From Paraspadella gotoi (taxonomy: Eukaryota > Animalia > Chaetognatha): a DNA stretch of 64,000 nt. A program made the position numbers and the translations under genes. The stretch lies in contig CM119269.1 in NCBI GenBank assembly GCA_051294375.1, positions 13,766,767-13,830,766 on the forward strand, read 5' to 3'. The notes below the pieces were generated by a model. That model was not told the origin of the DNA. It saw nothing but the letters and a program-made list of their open reading frames with translations, and searched no databases. Positions 41,800-53,800 of this stretch are shown piece by piece. How positions within the stretch are numbered: position 1 is the first letter of the stretch; every line of letters begins with the position of its first letter.

Positions 41800-44025
41800 A
41801 ACAAGTTTGATCGAACAACGCCTGATCTGCAAGCGGGCAATTAGCGTTAAGCAGCGAATCAGATGATAAGTTATGATTAATCTTGAAATTTATTATTTTA
41901 TTTATTTATTTTATTTTATTTCGTATTTTATTTATCACAATTCACGAACAATATTTATAATTTATATTTTTTTGTGTGGTATTTGTTGTCATTCTGGTGA
42001 TAATGGTGATAATGGTCTTTATGGTTGTAATTAGTGTTCCGATAACCGTTAACAGTTAACGGTTATTAACGGTTAAAAATAATTTTAACTTAACCGTTAA
42101 TATATTTATTTTAACGGTTAAATTCGGTTAATTTTCAAGTATAATTTTTGTTATGAAAACTTTGATTTTTTAAGAAAAAAATTTTTTTTCCTTATTCTCC
42201 TCTCCCTTTCTCACTATATTTTTCCCCCTCTCTCTGTTCTACATTTTCCCCTATTTTTTCTTTGTTATTTTCAACCCTTTAATCTTTTTCTATTTTAATC
42301 TATTATCATTTTTTTTCTGCCCTTCCGGTATTTTTTTTACTTACTTTCTCCCAATTGTTTTCGTTTTTCCTTTCAGCTAATTAAGCATTTACATCAAAGA
42401 ATATTTTGAAATATAATATGCATCTGCATATATTTTTTTGCAAATCAAATTTTTACATGCAATAATATTCTATTTTGCTAATAAAAAAATAAATAATCTT
42501 TCTTCTTTTACTTTTTTTAGCTTTTTCTTTCAATTTTTAAAATGAACAAAGAAGTAAATATAATAAAGCCGAATGAATGAAAAAATTTAAAAAAAACTAA
42601 TATAAAAAAATTATTAGAAAACATTTTAAAAATGAACAATAGAAGGAATGAATCTTTGAAAAGACATTAAGGCTAACTAAAACTATCCTTCAATGATGAT
42701 ATACTTTACTTTAATAAAATTTAAAAAAATATTTATTAATTAATAACTCTTTTGATCAATCGATCATTAAACAATTCAATTAATAAATTGATATTCATAA
42801 TTAAGAGAAAACAAAGTTTATTTGTTTACAAACAACCGGTTTTTATTCCAAAAAACGGACATGTTTCGACTCTAGTTTTTCCGAGTCTACATCAGCGCGT
42901 GAGAGTCGAAACATGTCCTTTTTTTAAAAATAAAAACCTGTTGTTTGTAAACAAATAAACTTTGCTTTCACTTAACTATAAACGTAACGAAAAGAAAGTC
43001 TTAATACAATATTTATAATTATATTTATATTTATGGTCATGGTTTATGAAAGACTAACAACAGAAAACGTGCTTTCAAGAAACTAACAACTATAAAAATA
43101 ATGAGGAAGAGAAATAGAAAAAGGAAAAGCAAAAACGAAAGAAAGAAAGAAAAAGAGAGAAAGAGAAAAGAAAATATACAGAATTAAAATTACATTGTGC
43201 TTTTTCTTTCATTGTCTTTTTTCATATTTTTATTATGCTATGAGGCAAAAAAAATTTATATAATGCTGTTTTTTCAAATCAATTTTCTCATTTATCAACT
43301 ATAATGTGTACCTCATCTATCTGAAATAAAAGATAAAGACTATTCAGTAGCCGGAGTTAAGGAGAAAATACCATTAAATACTTTAGTTAGTTTCAAATAT
43401 TAATATTTTAAATTTAAAGTTAAATTATAAAATTAACCGATTTTAACGGTTAACCGTTAAAAACGTTAGTTTTAACGGTTAAGCGAAGTTCCTCAAAAAT
43501 TAACGGTTAACGGAACCCTAGTTGTAATGATAGTTATGGTGGTGGCTGTGGTTGTAGTGTTTGTTATAATTACAGTAGTTGTTGCAACATTGATTAATTA
43601 TTAGATTGATTAATTGCTTAATTAATTAATGAACTAATTGAATAATTAATGCAGCTTGTATTTATATTTAACATAAAAAAAGCATAATTAAATAATTAAA
43701 CAGGTTTTCGGTTTTTTCCATTTAATTTTATTTCCACTCGAACGATTCCATCGAATCTTAATATCCAGATTAAACACATGCTTCTCAACCCATACACAAG
43801 ATTTAAGGTCAATCGGCTGATCCATTCATGAGTAATTGACGTTCAAAGCTAAGGGGGGGACGGACATCGTTTTTTTTCTATAATTTATCACAACGAACAG
43901 AAAAAATTATACCATGCATAATTTAACATAATTTGATATTCTGACATAATCTAAGTCACTTACCGACATGAATTATGGGATGGAGCGACGGACCGACAAA
44001 GTGAATTGTAGAGCCGGGATCCGCT
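41800..44025 (-). mobile_element. Diverged DINE-1/HINE-like element containing a nested hAT MITE
   Basis: Starts acaagtttgatcgaacaacgcctgatctgc and ends cggaccgacaaagtgaattgtagagccgggatcc. Confidence 0.65.
42032..43520. mobile_element. hAT-type MITE, copy 2
   Basis: TIRs tagtgttccgataaccgttaa / ttaacggttaacggaacccta. Perfect 8-bp TSD GTTGTAAT (42024-42031 and 43521-43528). Collinear with copy 1. Confidence 0.9.
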
Positions 44026-45221
44026 GCATAATTTTAAAATCGTAATGTTTCTGTCTTATTGATTAAAGAATCAAGCATCAAGCCTGATTCAAAGCCCAGA
44101 AACCGTTCCATGGCTGTTGAGGGGGAAGAGAACTAACGGATAGTAGTCTTCAGCCCACTTAGCGCCTTATCCACACTGTCTTATTATGACAAAAGCATAA
44201 AGCGATTATAATTTAAAACTCAAGATCACTTTTTAATTTGATTTCTTGATATTTTTCAGTTGATATACTTCATTATAGCCATTAAACCATCTAATATCAA
44301 CGGCCGGGCTGAGATGATGATGATATTAAGGCTTTTATGCCCGAGCTTATATATGGCTCTTGGGCCCTAAGTTAGGGCAATACTCTTTTTAAATTGTACT
44401 ATATCAGTAAGGTTAAAAACTTCGCCAGCCGCACGCGCGGTCTTAGGGCTGAGAAAAGAAACCGTATTATACGTGGCTCAGCGATCAGCGATAATCAGCG
44501 ATAATCAGCGATCCCGGTGGGAAAGAAAACGATCTTTCTCTAACAACAACAAAATCTGTCAAGTAAAATGACCTCTTGCTTCGTTAGAAACCGTAAACAC
44601 CTGGATTTGATTTGTTTTGACTGTAAACTTGATGATGATTACGTATTTACATTTGGATTTTATTTCGTATTTGTAGCGATATGTTCAAAAATGCTTTTAA
44701 AAACTTACCAGATTAGGTTTTAAGTATACGTATTATATTACAGTCGCAAGTTGCAGTAGAAATGTAAAGATCAAAATTACTTCGACAACGAGTTTTTTTT
44801 TTTTCGGGAGGAATTTAACCCGAAATTCAAGGATTTGGTTCTGGGCTTTCTGGTCCAAAACCTGTTTTGACTATGACTGAGGCGACTCTCTCTCTCTCAC
44901 TCTCTCTCTTTCATGCCCCGAAAAACTAATAACAATAAATGTAGAAAATATGCACAGTTTCTCATTCCATGCGTCAAAGAGGAATGTTTCTGTCAAGAAA
45001 AAACAGCACAAAGAGAAAACAGGATTAAGAAAAGAGAAAAAGAGATAAAGAAATGGAAAAGGAAAAATAAAAAGAAAGGTACTAAACTTATATGAAAGGT
45101 GATAATATTAATAGAGTACTGAAAAAAAAAAGATCCTAAAAAAAGCAAAGCTAAGAAATAGAAAATAAAAAACAGAAAAAAAGTATTAATAACGTTTATT
45201 CGTGGGTGTAGAAGATAGAAA

Positions 45222-45478
45222 AACAAGTTTGAGCAAATAATGTCGGATCTGCCCATGATCATTAAAGTTAATTAATTATTAAATTTGATCCGAAATTTTT
45301 GTTTTTAGGTCTTTTCGTCACTGACTGCGACAAAAGAAACGACGACAATGATGGCGACGACGACGACGACAATAATGCCGATAACTATTGACTTGATTGA
45401 TTCCTTGATTAATTAATTAATTAATATATAAATTAAATGAATTATAGAGTCGGGATCTTCTGATAAGCAGATGCGACT
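45222..45478 (-). mobile_element. Short, internally deleted DINE-1/HINE-like element
   Basis: Both family termini are present within 257 bp. Confidence 0.75.
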
Positions 45479-45502
45479 AAAAAAAACACCAATTTTACTT
45501 AC

Positions 45503-45605
45503 ATTTCTTTTTCAACGCCATGTTAACCTTGTCGCAGAATATCTGGCTCGGCGATTCACGGCGGTCGCGAAGCCAAGAGAGAAGGTCGAATTTCTCGGAT
45601 GTCAT
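45503..45605 (-). CDS. Putative first coding exon of the G-alpha-like gene
   Basis: MTSEKFDLLSWLRDRRESPSQIFCDKVNMALKKK+T (103 nt, phase 1), followed by a consensus donor gtaagt. Confidence 0.45.
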
Positions 45606-46801
45606 TCGTAGACGTATTATAGTCCGAATCTGTCAAAAATCCATTGCAGTCATGGGATTGAACAAAGAGCCTATTTTGACGTGTCGATTCTTGCAACGGA
45701 GGTCATCAGCAGTTGAAAAGCGTTCCTCGCTCGTCTTCATCTTCCGCTTCCTCTTTCCATTAGATTTACCCGCCTATCTCCTCCTCGCGATGATGCATTC
45801 ATGGGCGAGAGAGAATGAAACCGATGAAAGAAAAAAGCCGAAGCGGGTGACCGTTCGTGTGCCGTAACATTGTATTACTACGTACTATTGGTATCTAGCT
45901 AGATCTCTCTCGCAATATTTGGTAAAGTCAACAAGGGTAATCTGATTACTAATCGATAAAACGTTTCCCCATCGAAGCAGGCTGGGAATCGAATTCGGGT
46001 GTTTAATCTGACCTGGTCGCAATTGAAATGCGAGAATTTTGCGAAAATCATTGATGCCCACAAATCTGAAGACTGAAGCAATAAAAAACAACAAAATCAC
46101 ACAGCAGGAAACACAAAATTGGTAAAGTAAAAAAAACAAACAAAAAAAAACTATAAATCTTACTTGTTCTTTGAACAAGATGTACAACATTAACAACGAA
46201 GCAATTTATATATAAATAAAAAACAACAAAAGAGAAAGCATTCCCTGAGCTTCAGATGGGATTGTAAAACTAAGTTTCAGGCGGGTTAAGCCCCCTGTCC
46301 CTTTTAACTGATGGGCGGCCACCGGGCAAGATGACCATACCTTTTGTGTCAGGAGGCGAATGTCTTCCCTCCTGCACCAATGGCCGCTGATGAAAGGTTG
46401 ATGGATTTTTATCCACCTAAAGCTATACACGTGACTTCAATTCGTTTTTGATATCGATTAATTTCGTTGTTAGTTTAGATTCTTGATGCGCAAAAAAAAA
46501 GACATCAGGACTCTGCAGCGCGTGTAGCATTTTTGGTGTAAGCAGTCGTCATAGCGACCGGGAAACTGGCTCACGTCGTCTCCCTTCAATTTTCATTCGC
46601 CACTCGGTCTCCGATATATTGGCATCCCTCCTGAAATGTCCAAACAAGATAATAACGTTTTATTTAAAACTACCGCTTTATTCTTTAATCATTATAATTA
46701 TCATTATCATTAATAATCAATATCGATAGCTACAGCCAATCAACTACATTCGTCTCATAAACTTTATTCCGCTCCGCTTCATTTTTCGTCGGATACTGAA
46801 A

Positions 46802-46935
46802 GAAAAAAATTATGTCAGTTGAAAAAATTATGACAGTTGAAAAAATTATCTCAGTTGAAAAAATTATGTCAGTTGAAAAATTATGACAGTTGAAAAAATT
46901 ATGACTATTAAAAAATTATGACAGTTAAAAAATTT
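46802..46935. repeat. 18-bp minisatellite (gaaaaaattatgacagtt), about 7 copies
   Basis: Direct inspection. Confidence 0.9.
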
Positions 46936-47891
46936 ATAAAATTTGAAAACAAAATATAAATTTAAAAAATGATACAAGTTAAAAATATCATAAATAAAAA
47001 AATAATGCAAATTCAAAATATTGTGGTGGACTCTTCGGCGAGCCATTCACTTTGGCCGAAAACATTTATGTGAAATGTCTCTTTTTTTTTCTCTCTCTCT
47101 CTCTCTTTCTATGTCTCTTTAAATTTTTAAATTTTAAATTTTAAAAGTTTAATATTATGATTATCTCTTTCGAAGTTCAGTTTAATTCTTTGAAAGCAAT
47201 TTACATGTATTGGCGCAGCTATTGGTTTACTAAACAATCATCCACATGTTACTTAAGTCATTTCTAGCGTTACAAATCTGTTTTGTACATTCCCTTATCG
47301 TACAACACTATTTATTTGTTGATCAGCATTGTTGCGTAATGCGTATAGATGACAAATGATTGATGGCATTTTTAGTGTCGTTTCCGCAATAACAGACTGA
47401 CAGACAGATCGACCGACTGACGAATCTAGATTAATTACTAATTAGGAAAAATACACACGGATACATCTCATTGTTATCTCATTTTTAACTCACCGGTCCT
47501 AATTATTACGTAGTTGTCTGCCCAAAAAAATATCGAAACCAAACGAGACGGGGGAAACGAACAAAACCGATGCCACTATATCGCTTAATTTATTATCTTC
47601 CTAGTAAATCTTGCGAATTAATGTGCCTAAAACTATAAATTGAGAATCGAATATATGCATGATAGTTAGTTTTAATCATTGTCAAATAACATAAAACCGG
47701 AGGCGAAACGACTCCAACGAAACCCGAAGAGCGACTAAATCGTGACTCGAATTTACATAATAAGCGAAGGCTAAATCTCCAGAACAAAAAGCAGGAACAA
47801 AAAAAAAATTATATTTCTTTATATAGAACGGCAACGAAATCTAATCTCCGTTGAAACGAACTGAGCGATTGTTAATATATATTTCATCGAC

Positions 47892-50800
47892 ATGAGCGTG
47901 ACGCTACATTCGCCCGCTCACGCTCCTTGCGGCCCGTTCCGCGACCTTTTGCGTCTGGGTTTCGCGACACAGGACGACGCCGCAACCTCAATCCAACACG
48001 GCGTCAGGGAAGACGACGGCGCTCTCGTTCACCGCGCCGCCGGAGGACCTTACTTTCTCAGCTTCGAAGGGAAGGAGAAGGCCGTTACCGATTACGAGGG
48101 TGAGTTTATTCCGTGATAGGAGAGTGTGAAAATTGTAATTTAATCTGTAATTTTTGAACCTTCATCAGCCAGTTTTGATAGTTTTAAAAAAATATTTGGA
48201 TATTAATTTTGAGAGATATATAAAGAAAGGCGATTTTAACCTTGATATCTCTCTCTTTATTAAATGATCATTGTAATCTTAAATAAAAACTGTTACTTTG
48301 TAAATATTATTATTATGAAATTGGTACAACTAATATAAAAATTATCCATTCATTTAATAAATAAGCTATCTTGCCCCTTACTTTGGACAGGCTTTGGTGG
48401 TTTAACTTTAAGGCCTCTATCACTCTTGCAAGATAATGATATAGCAGGTCTCTGCAAGCTTTCAATCAAAACTCTCACACATTCTATATATATATATTTT
48501 TTTAATTATTAATATTAAAATATTATTTTCTGAAATTTTAAATTATTGTATACTTAAGCTGAAACTTAATTTTAAATTTAACCCTAATTTAACCCAAACT
48601 TACCCCTAACCCAAACTTACCCCTAACCTGAACTTACCCTTAACCCTAATTTACCCTGATTTATGCATCAAACTTTTTATGGCGATGATTGTGCCGTGCC
48701 TCAGTAAATTTCAACTTCAAGTAAATTTTGTCAGCCTAGATTTAATTCTATGAACCAAAAAGTAACATCAAAACGCCATAGAATCATGTCTCAGCGCGTC
48801 ATAAGTTAAAAATGTAGTAGAAAACAACGATTGTTAATTGCTAACTCGGTCCAGTCGAAAATGCTTTCCAAGAAAGGCGACAGCGAGGTCGTATAATCTC
48901 CGGGAAAGTGCGGTTAAATCCTCAATAATTAAAGGCCGGGTTTTCTTCTACTCCGGTTAAATTTGACTCGTGATTTCGTAGAAAGTGAAGTGGATATTTT
49001 TCGGGGTTGGATATGAATACATGGGGCGAACCGGTTCTTAGTCACCTACTTTTGAAACTGGTTGTTTTTATTTACTGCTTTAATAAATCATGCCGTGAAC
49101 AAATACGACCAAAGTTAATTTTTTTCAAAAACATATACGAGATTACTTAAGTTGGATTCTAGTTAGCAGGTGAATGGGGTGAGAGGGTGGTCAAGGAAAA
49201 GTTAGTGGGTTATTTTTTTTTTTAGAATAAAAAATCATAAAAAAAAAAAATTTCAAGCAAATTTACAGAAATTATTACTACTCAGTCATTTTTAAGCTAA
49301 AAAAATGGTTATCTTTTTTTAATCGTCATATGCAAATCGGAAAAAAATCTGTAATCAGCTACATCAGTTAAATGAAGTCTAAACGTTTTTAAAAGGTTTC
49401 ATGTGGAACACGACACTACATTCTTAACGTTTTCAATAAATATTTTAAGTGTTTTTGTATAAAGTAGTTTTATTTACTACCACACCTTAGCAGAAGAATT
49501 TATTTTTATATTTTACGACATAATCGTTAAAACAACCAGTTTTTTTTCTGTAAGTGGAAACGGTGGACTATTTCTACTAAACTAAACCATTAATGTCCAG
49601 AGAGGTCAGGGCCGCGGCATTTAGCAAATAAGAGACCATTTTGATTATGGAACGGGTTTTTTTTTTTAATCAAGAGAGATATTCAGGTTTAATTGGCAAT
49701 AAATAAACACTCTAGTCTCGCTTCTGTCTCCTCGATATGGGGAGTTGTTTTTGCTAAGAAATACGTTTCCCCCTATCAGAAATCTAGTTATAACTGTTAG
49801 GTTCATGCTGTTCCCAAAAATATCATTATCAGAATGGGTTTGGAACTTGGGAAGGGCCAAACCTGTAAGCGAGACAAAGGAAGGGTTGAAGGGGGGGGGG
49901 CACGTAATCCGCAACGGACTTGACGTCAAAAACCTGTCTCGTCGCGGCCATCGTGGGTTCCTATAAAAGCTAAGAGGAGCGGCGATTGTCTCTACCAAGC
50001 TTCAAAGTTTTAGTTTTTCGAGAAACGACGCGTCATCGCTCTTTTCGATTCTTTTTTATCTTTCACAGGTAAACGGTATATTTTGGGTTAATTACTAGGA
50101 TAACTAATATATTAAATAAAATACCTAATGCATTTAGGAAAAATATGGGGAAAAATTTTTTTTTTAAATATATATATTTTTTTTATTACATATTTTAGTT
50201 CTCTCAACTAAACTAAGAGGAAGAAACGAAAAAAATGAAACTATTTTTCCTCTTCATTATCGCCGCATTTTCTATCGAGAGCGGTCGCGCAGGTAAGGGT
50301 TAAAAAAGTTGAAACGTTTAGGTTGAGGACAATGATTCTCTCATAAGTCTAAAGTTAACAATGTACTTTTTTTCTGTTCAGCGCCAAGATTCGATTTGCG
50401 GAAAGTGGTTGATATTCTGAGGTCTTTCGTTCACGACTCTTATCCCGAAGAAAGAAGTGGTACGATAATCTATAATATTTATTTCAAATACTAAAAAATA
50501 CTGCATATTTTGAATCTTAAAAACATCAATTTTTTTTTTTCAGATGGAACAAATCAAAAGAGGGATTTGAGTCCTGCGGAAATTATGAAGCTTAAGATAA
50601 AAACCGACGTCACCGATCCAGGTGAAAATATTATTAACGATACTATAGAATTAATATTTTGTTTAAATGTTGGAAATGTTAAGGAATAACGAATAATGAC
50701 CTAATGTCCGACGTGGACGACAATGAGCACTCTTCATCGGGCACAAAAAGAATTTTCATTCCAACGAAACGTGACAATGTGGGAGAGCGAATCTTGTTAC

Positions 50801-53800
50801 TACCGAGAAACGTAAGTTTTCTTGGATCTAAATGATCCGCAGATTAGCTGTGTATAAATTTACTGTTTAGGCTTTCAAAAATACACTAATTTATAATATT
50901 TAAATGATCTTTAGATGACTAAATTCATTTATTCATAGACTTTTAAATAATATGGTCCAAAATAATGGGAGTATTATCGATTTTCCTCAAACAGGTCCCA
51001 GACCCCAAGACCTTGCGCGTCGACGAGATGAACGCGCGTCCGGAATCCTGTCAACGAACCCTTCCAACGGACGAGGCTTTGAGGGCGACGAGCGTGGACG
51101 GGCGGTTGGACTTGGAGGCGGCAGCGGAGATGGACAGAAGAGAGGGGGTCGTGAGAGCGACGAGGTAAGTGTAGAAAAATTAACGATGAAATAAAAATGT
51201 TAATTTTATTTATAATTTCATTTAATTACAAATCGGATAAAAAAAAACGTAAAACACAGACTGAGTGTAAAATGCTAAAAGATACGGCAACTGGCTAGGA
51301 CATAACCAGCAAAGCAAACCATTATTCTGTTTACATGCAAATTATTTTTCAGACTATTCCTTGACATACAAACATTAATATTTTTTTCTTGCATTGAATG
51401 AAAATAGAAAAAAAGATTTAATTAAAAATAAAAGCGGTCTCTTTCGGTGAAACGTATTTTGAATCTTCCCGTTTAGCTTGTGGCCGAAGGGCATTATACC
51501 GTACAAGTTTAGCGCTGAGATCGAATCTAATTCGGCACAAAAAAACGTCATTTATGCCGCAATGAAAGACTGGATGGCCAAGACTTGTATCAGGTACTTA
51601 AAAATGAATTAAGCTTGAGAAGCGAGTTATTGTTAAGAAAACAAAGCGCTATTTTTCCCGCCACAGATTTGAGCCAAATCCGGAATCTTGGATAAAAGAA
51701 TTGGGTCATCGTCAACACGTCATTTTTACGGCGGATAAAATCGGTTGTTACTCGTGGATCGGTATGCAACCAGAAAAAGTTACCCTTAACGGAGTAGTAA
51801 AAAACAATTTCCCTCAAGAGGTTCGGACAAGAAAGCGGAAAAAAAATGTTACCAAAAAGTTTTAAAACAATTTTTTTTTAAATTAAGGTTTCTCTTCAAC
51901 GTAATGACGCTAACGGAGTCGGGTGCATGCACGCTCGTACGGTTATGCACGAGATCGGACATCTGCTCGGTCTTCGTCACGAACAGAACAGGTTCCGCGG
52001 TAGTTTGAGGTTTAAGGAATTTTAAGAATTTATAATTTAAAACATTGTGGTTGACATTCATCAGTTGCAATTTCGACAATCTGATTTTGTTAGATTTCGA
52101 TCCCAATTATAGAGTTTGAAACTTAAAAATCGTTATGCCATAAATTATGGGTTAAACTTTTTTTGAATAAACTTGTTTTGAATTAGTTTTATTATTTATT
52201 TATACTTATATTTGTATAATTATCGTTATATTGTATTTTGACTTCACAATTTTGATTAATGATATCCATATCCCGCCAAATGTCCATTTTCTAATGCCTA
52301 CCGTCCAGGCTTGACCGAGATACTTACGTGAAGGTGAAAACCAAAAACGTCCAAACTGGCAATCTCCATAATTTCGCCAAAGAAGAAAGCGAAGGAGATC
52401 TCGCGAGGCACACCCCTTACGATTACCTCTCGATCATGCACTACGGAAAAGACGCTTTTGGAAAATTAGACTCACTGGTACGACCTTAAAAATCTTAGTT
52501 TGTAAGATGGAAGCACCTTATAAAATTGGTACAACCAATATAAAAATTATCCCCATTCATTTAATAAATAAGCCAGCTATCTTGCCCCTGACTTTGGACA
52601 GGCTTTGATGGTTTTAGGCTTCCATCACTCTTACAGGTCTTTCCAAGCTTTCCATTAAGACTTTCTCTGTCTCGTTTATTCACTTCCGTAGTAACTGGCT
52701 TCCCTATCATTTAAATTTTATTTCCAGGGTCACAGAGCAGTAACGATGGTTCCGACCAAGCAATGTTATCTCAATCTTATAGGCAAAGCTCGATACGTTT
52801 CTTTCTACGACGCCCAGTGAGGGGGGGAAGGGGGAAGTGTTATTATCGTTTAAAATTAAATGAGAAAAAACTTTTTTTTAACTAATTAATTTTTCGTCTT
52901 AAGAATCATTAACGATATGTACGGCTGCACAAAGGATTGTTCCAGCGACTGCGGAAATACTGGTTACTCTACGCGAACTTACGACAAGCCTTGTCATTGC
53001 GAGTACTTGGACACTTCCAATGACGACTGCAATGGGGGTTCTTGCTTCGCAGGGGACCAGTAAGGATTTGAGATAAAAACAAAATTGTATCACAGATAGT
53101 AAAATTAATAAAAATATTATTATGATTAAATTTCTGCAGGTCCAGTTACTGCTCCCTCTACCTTTCCCGTAATCCCGGACGTTACTGTTTCCTGAATAAT
53201 GAATGTTGCGAGTCTTGTGCCAAGGCCAATATCCCTAAATACGCGGAATGTTCTGTGCCAGATAAATGGGACAATTGCAAAAGCCTCGTGGTTGATCAAA
53301 ACTTAGGGTTTGTACTTGGTAGCTATTCGTAGCTATTTTGTAAAATTTTGTTTTCGAATTTTTAACTGCCTTTTATTTTAATTGAACCGAATTTTTCTTT
53401 AGTTCCACCTATTGCGCGAACAACGAATGCTGTTGGACTTGCAAATATTATAAATCGTGTCCTAACGGGGATCTTAATCCGGCATGTCTCTCTTCCTACA
53501 AACAGTATGGAGACGCTTTGTGCGCAGCCAACCCGATAACCTGTTGCAAAACATGCGAAAAAGTTTTGAAAAAATAAATGAAATTCTGAAAGATTCGAGG
53601 GCATTTTGATCTTTGTATTGTTATTGAATATTGTGTTTGTTTTTATTTGGTTGACTTCAAACCAATATCTTAATTGTGTGCCACGAACAAAAAATTGATA
53701 AAAATTGAAAGTTGTTTTTTTTTTCATGCCGTTAGTCGGTGTTATTTTCTTTATTGTATTATCTTTGGTGAATTTATATTTTTTGTTTACTTTTTATAAT

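Noticed and set aside
46802-46935. CRISPR-like array
   Set aside because: Head-to-tail 18-bp units with no unique spacers, in a eukaryotic context with no cas genes.
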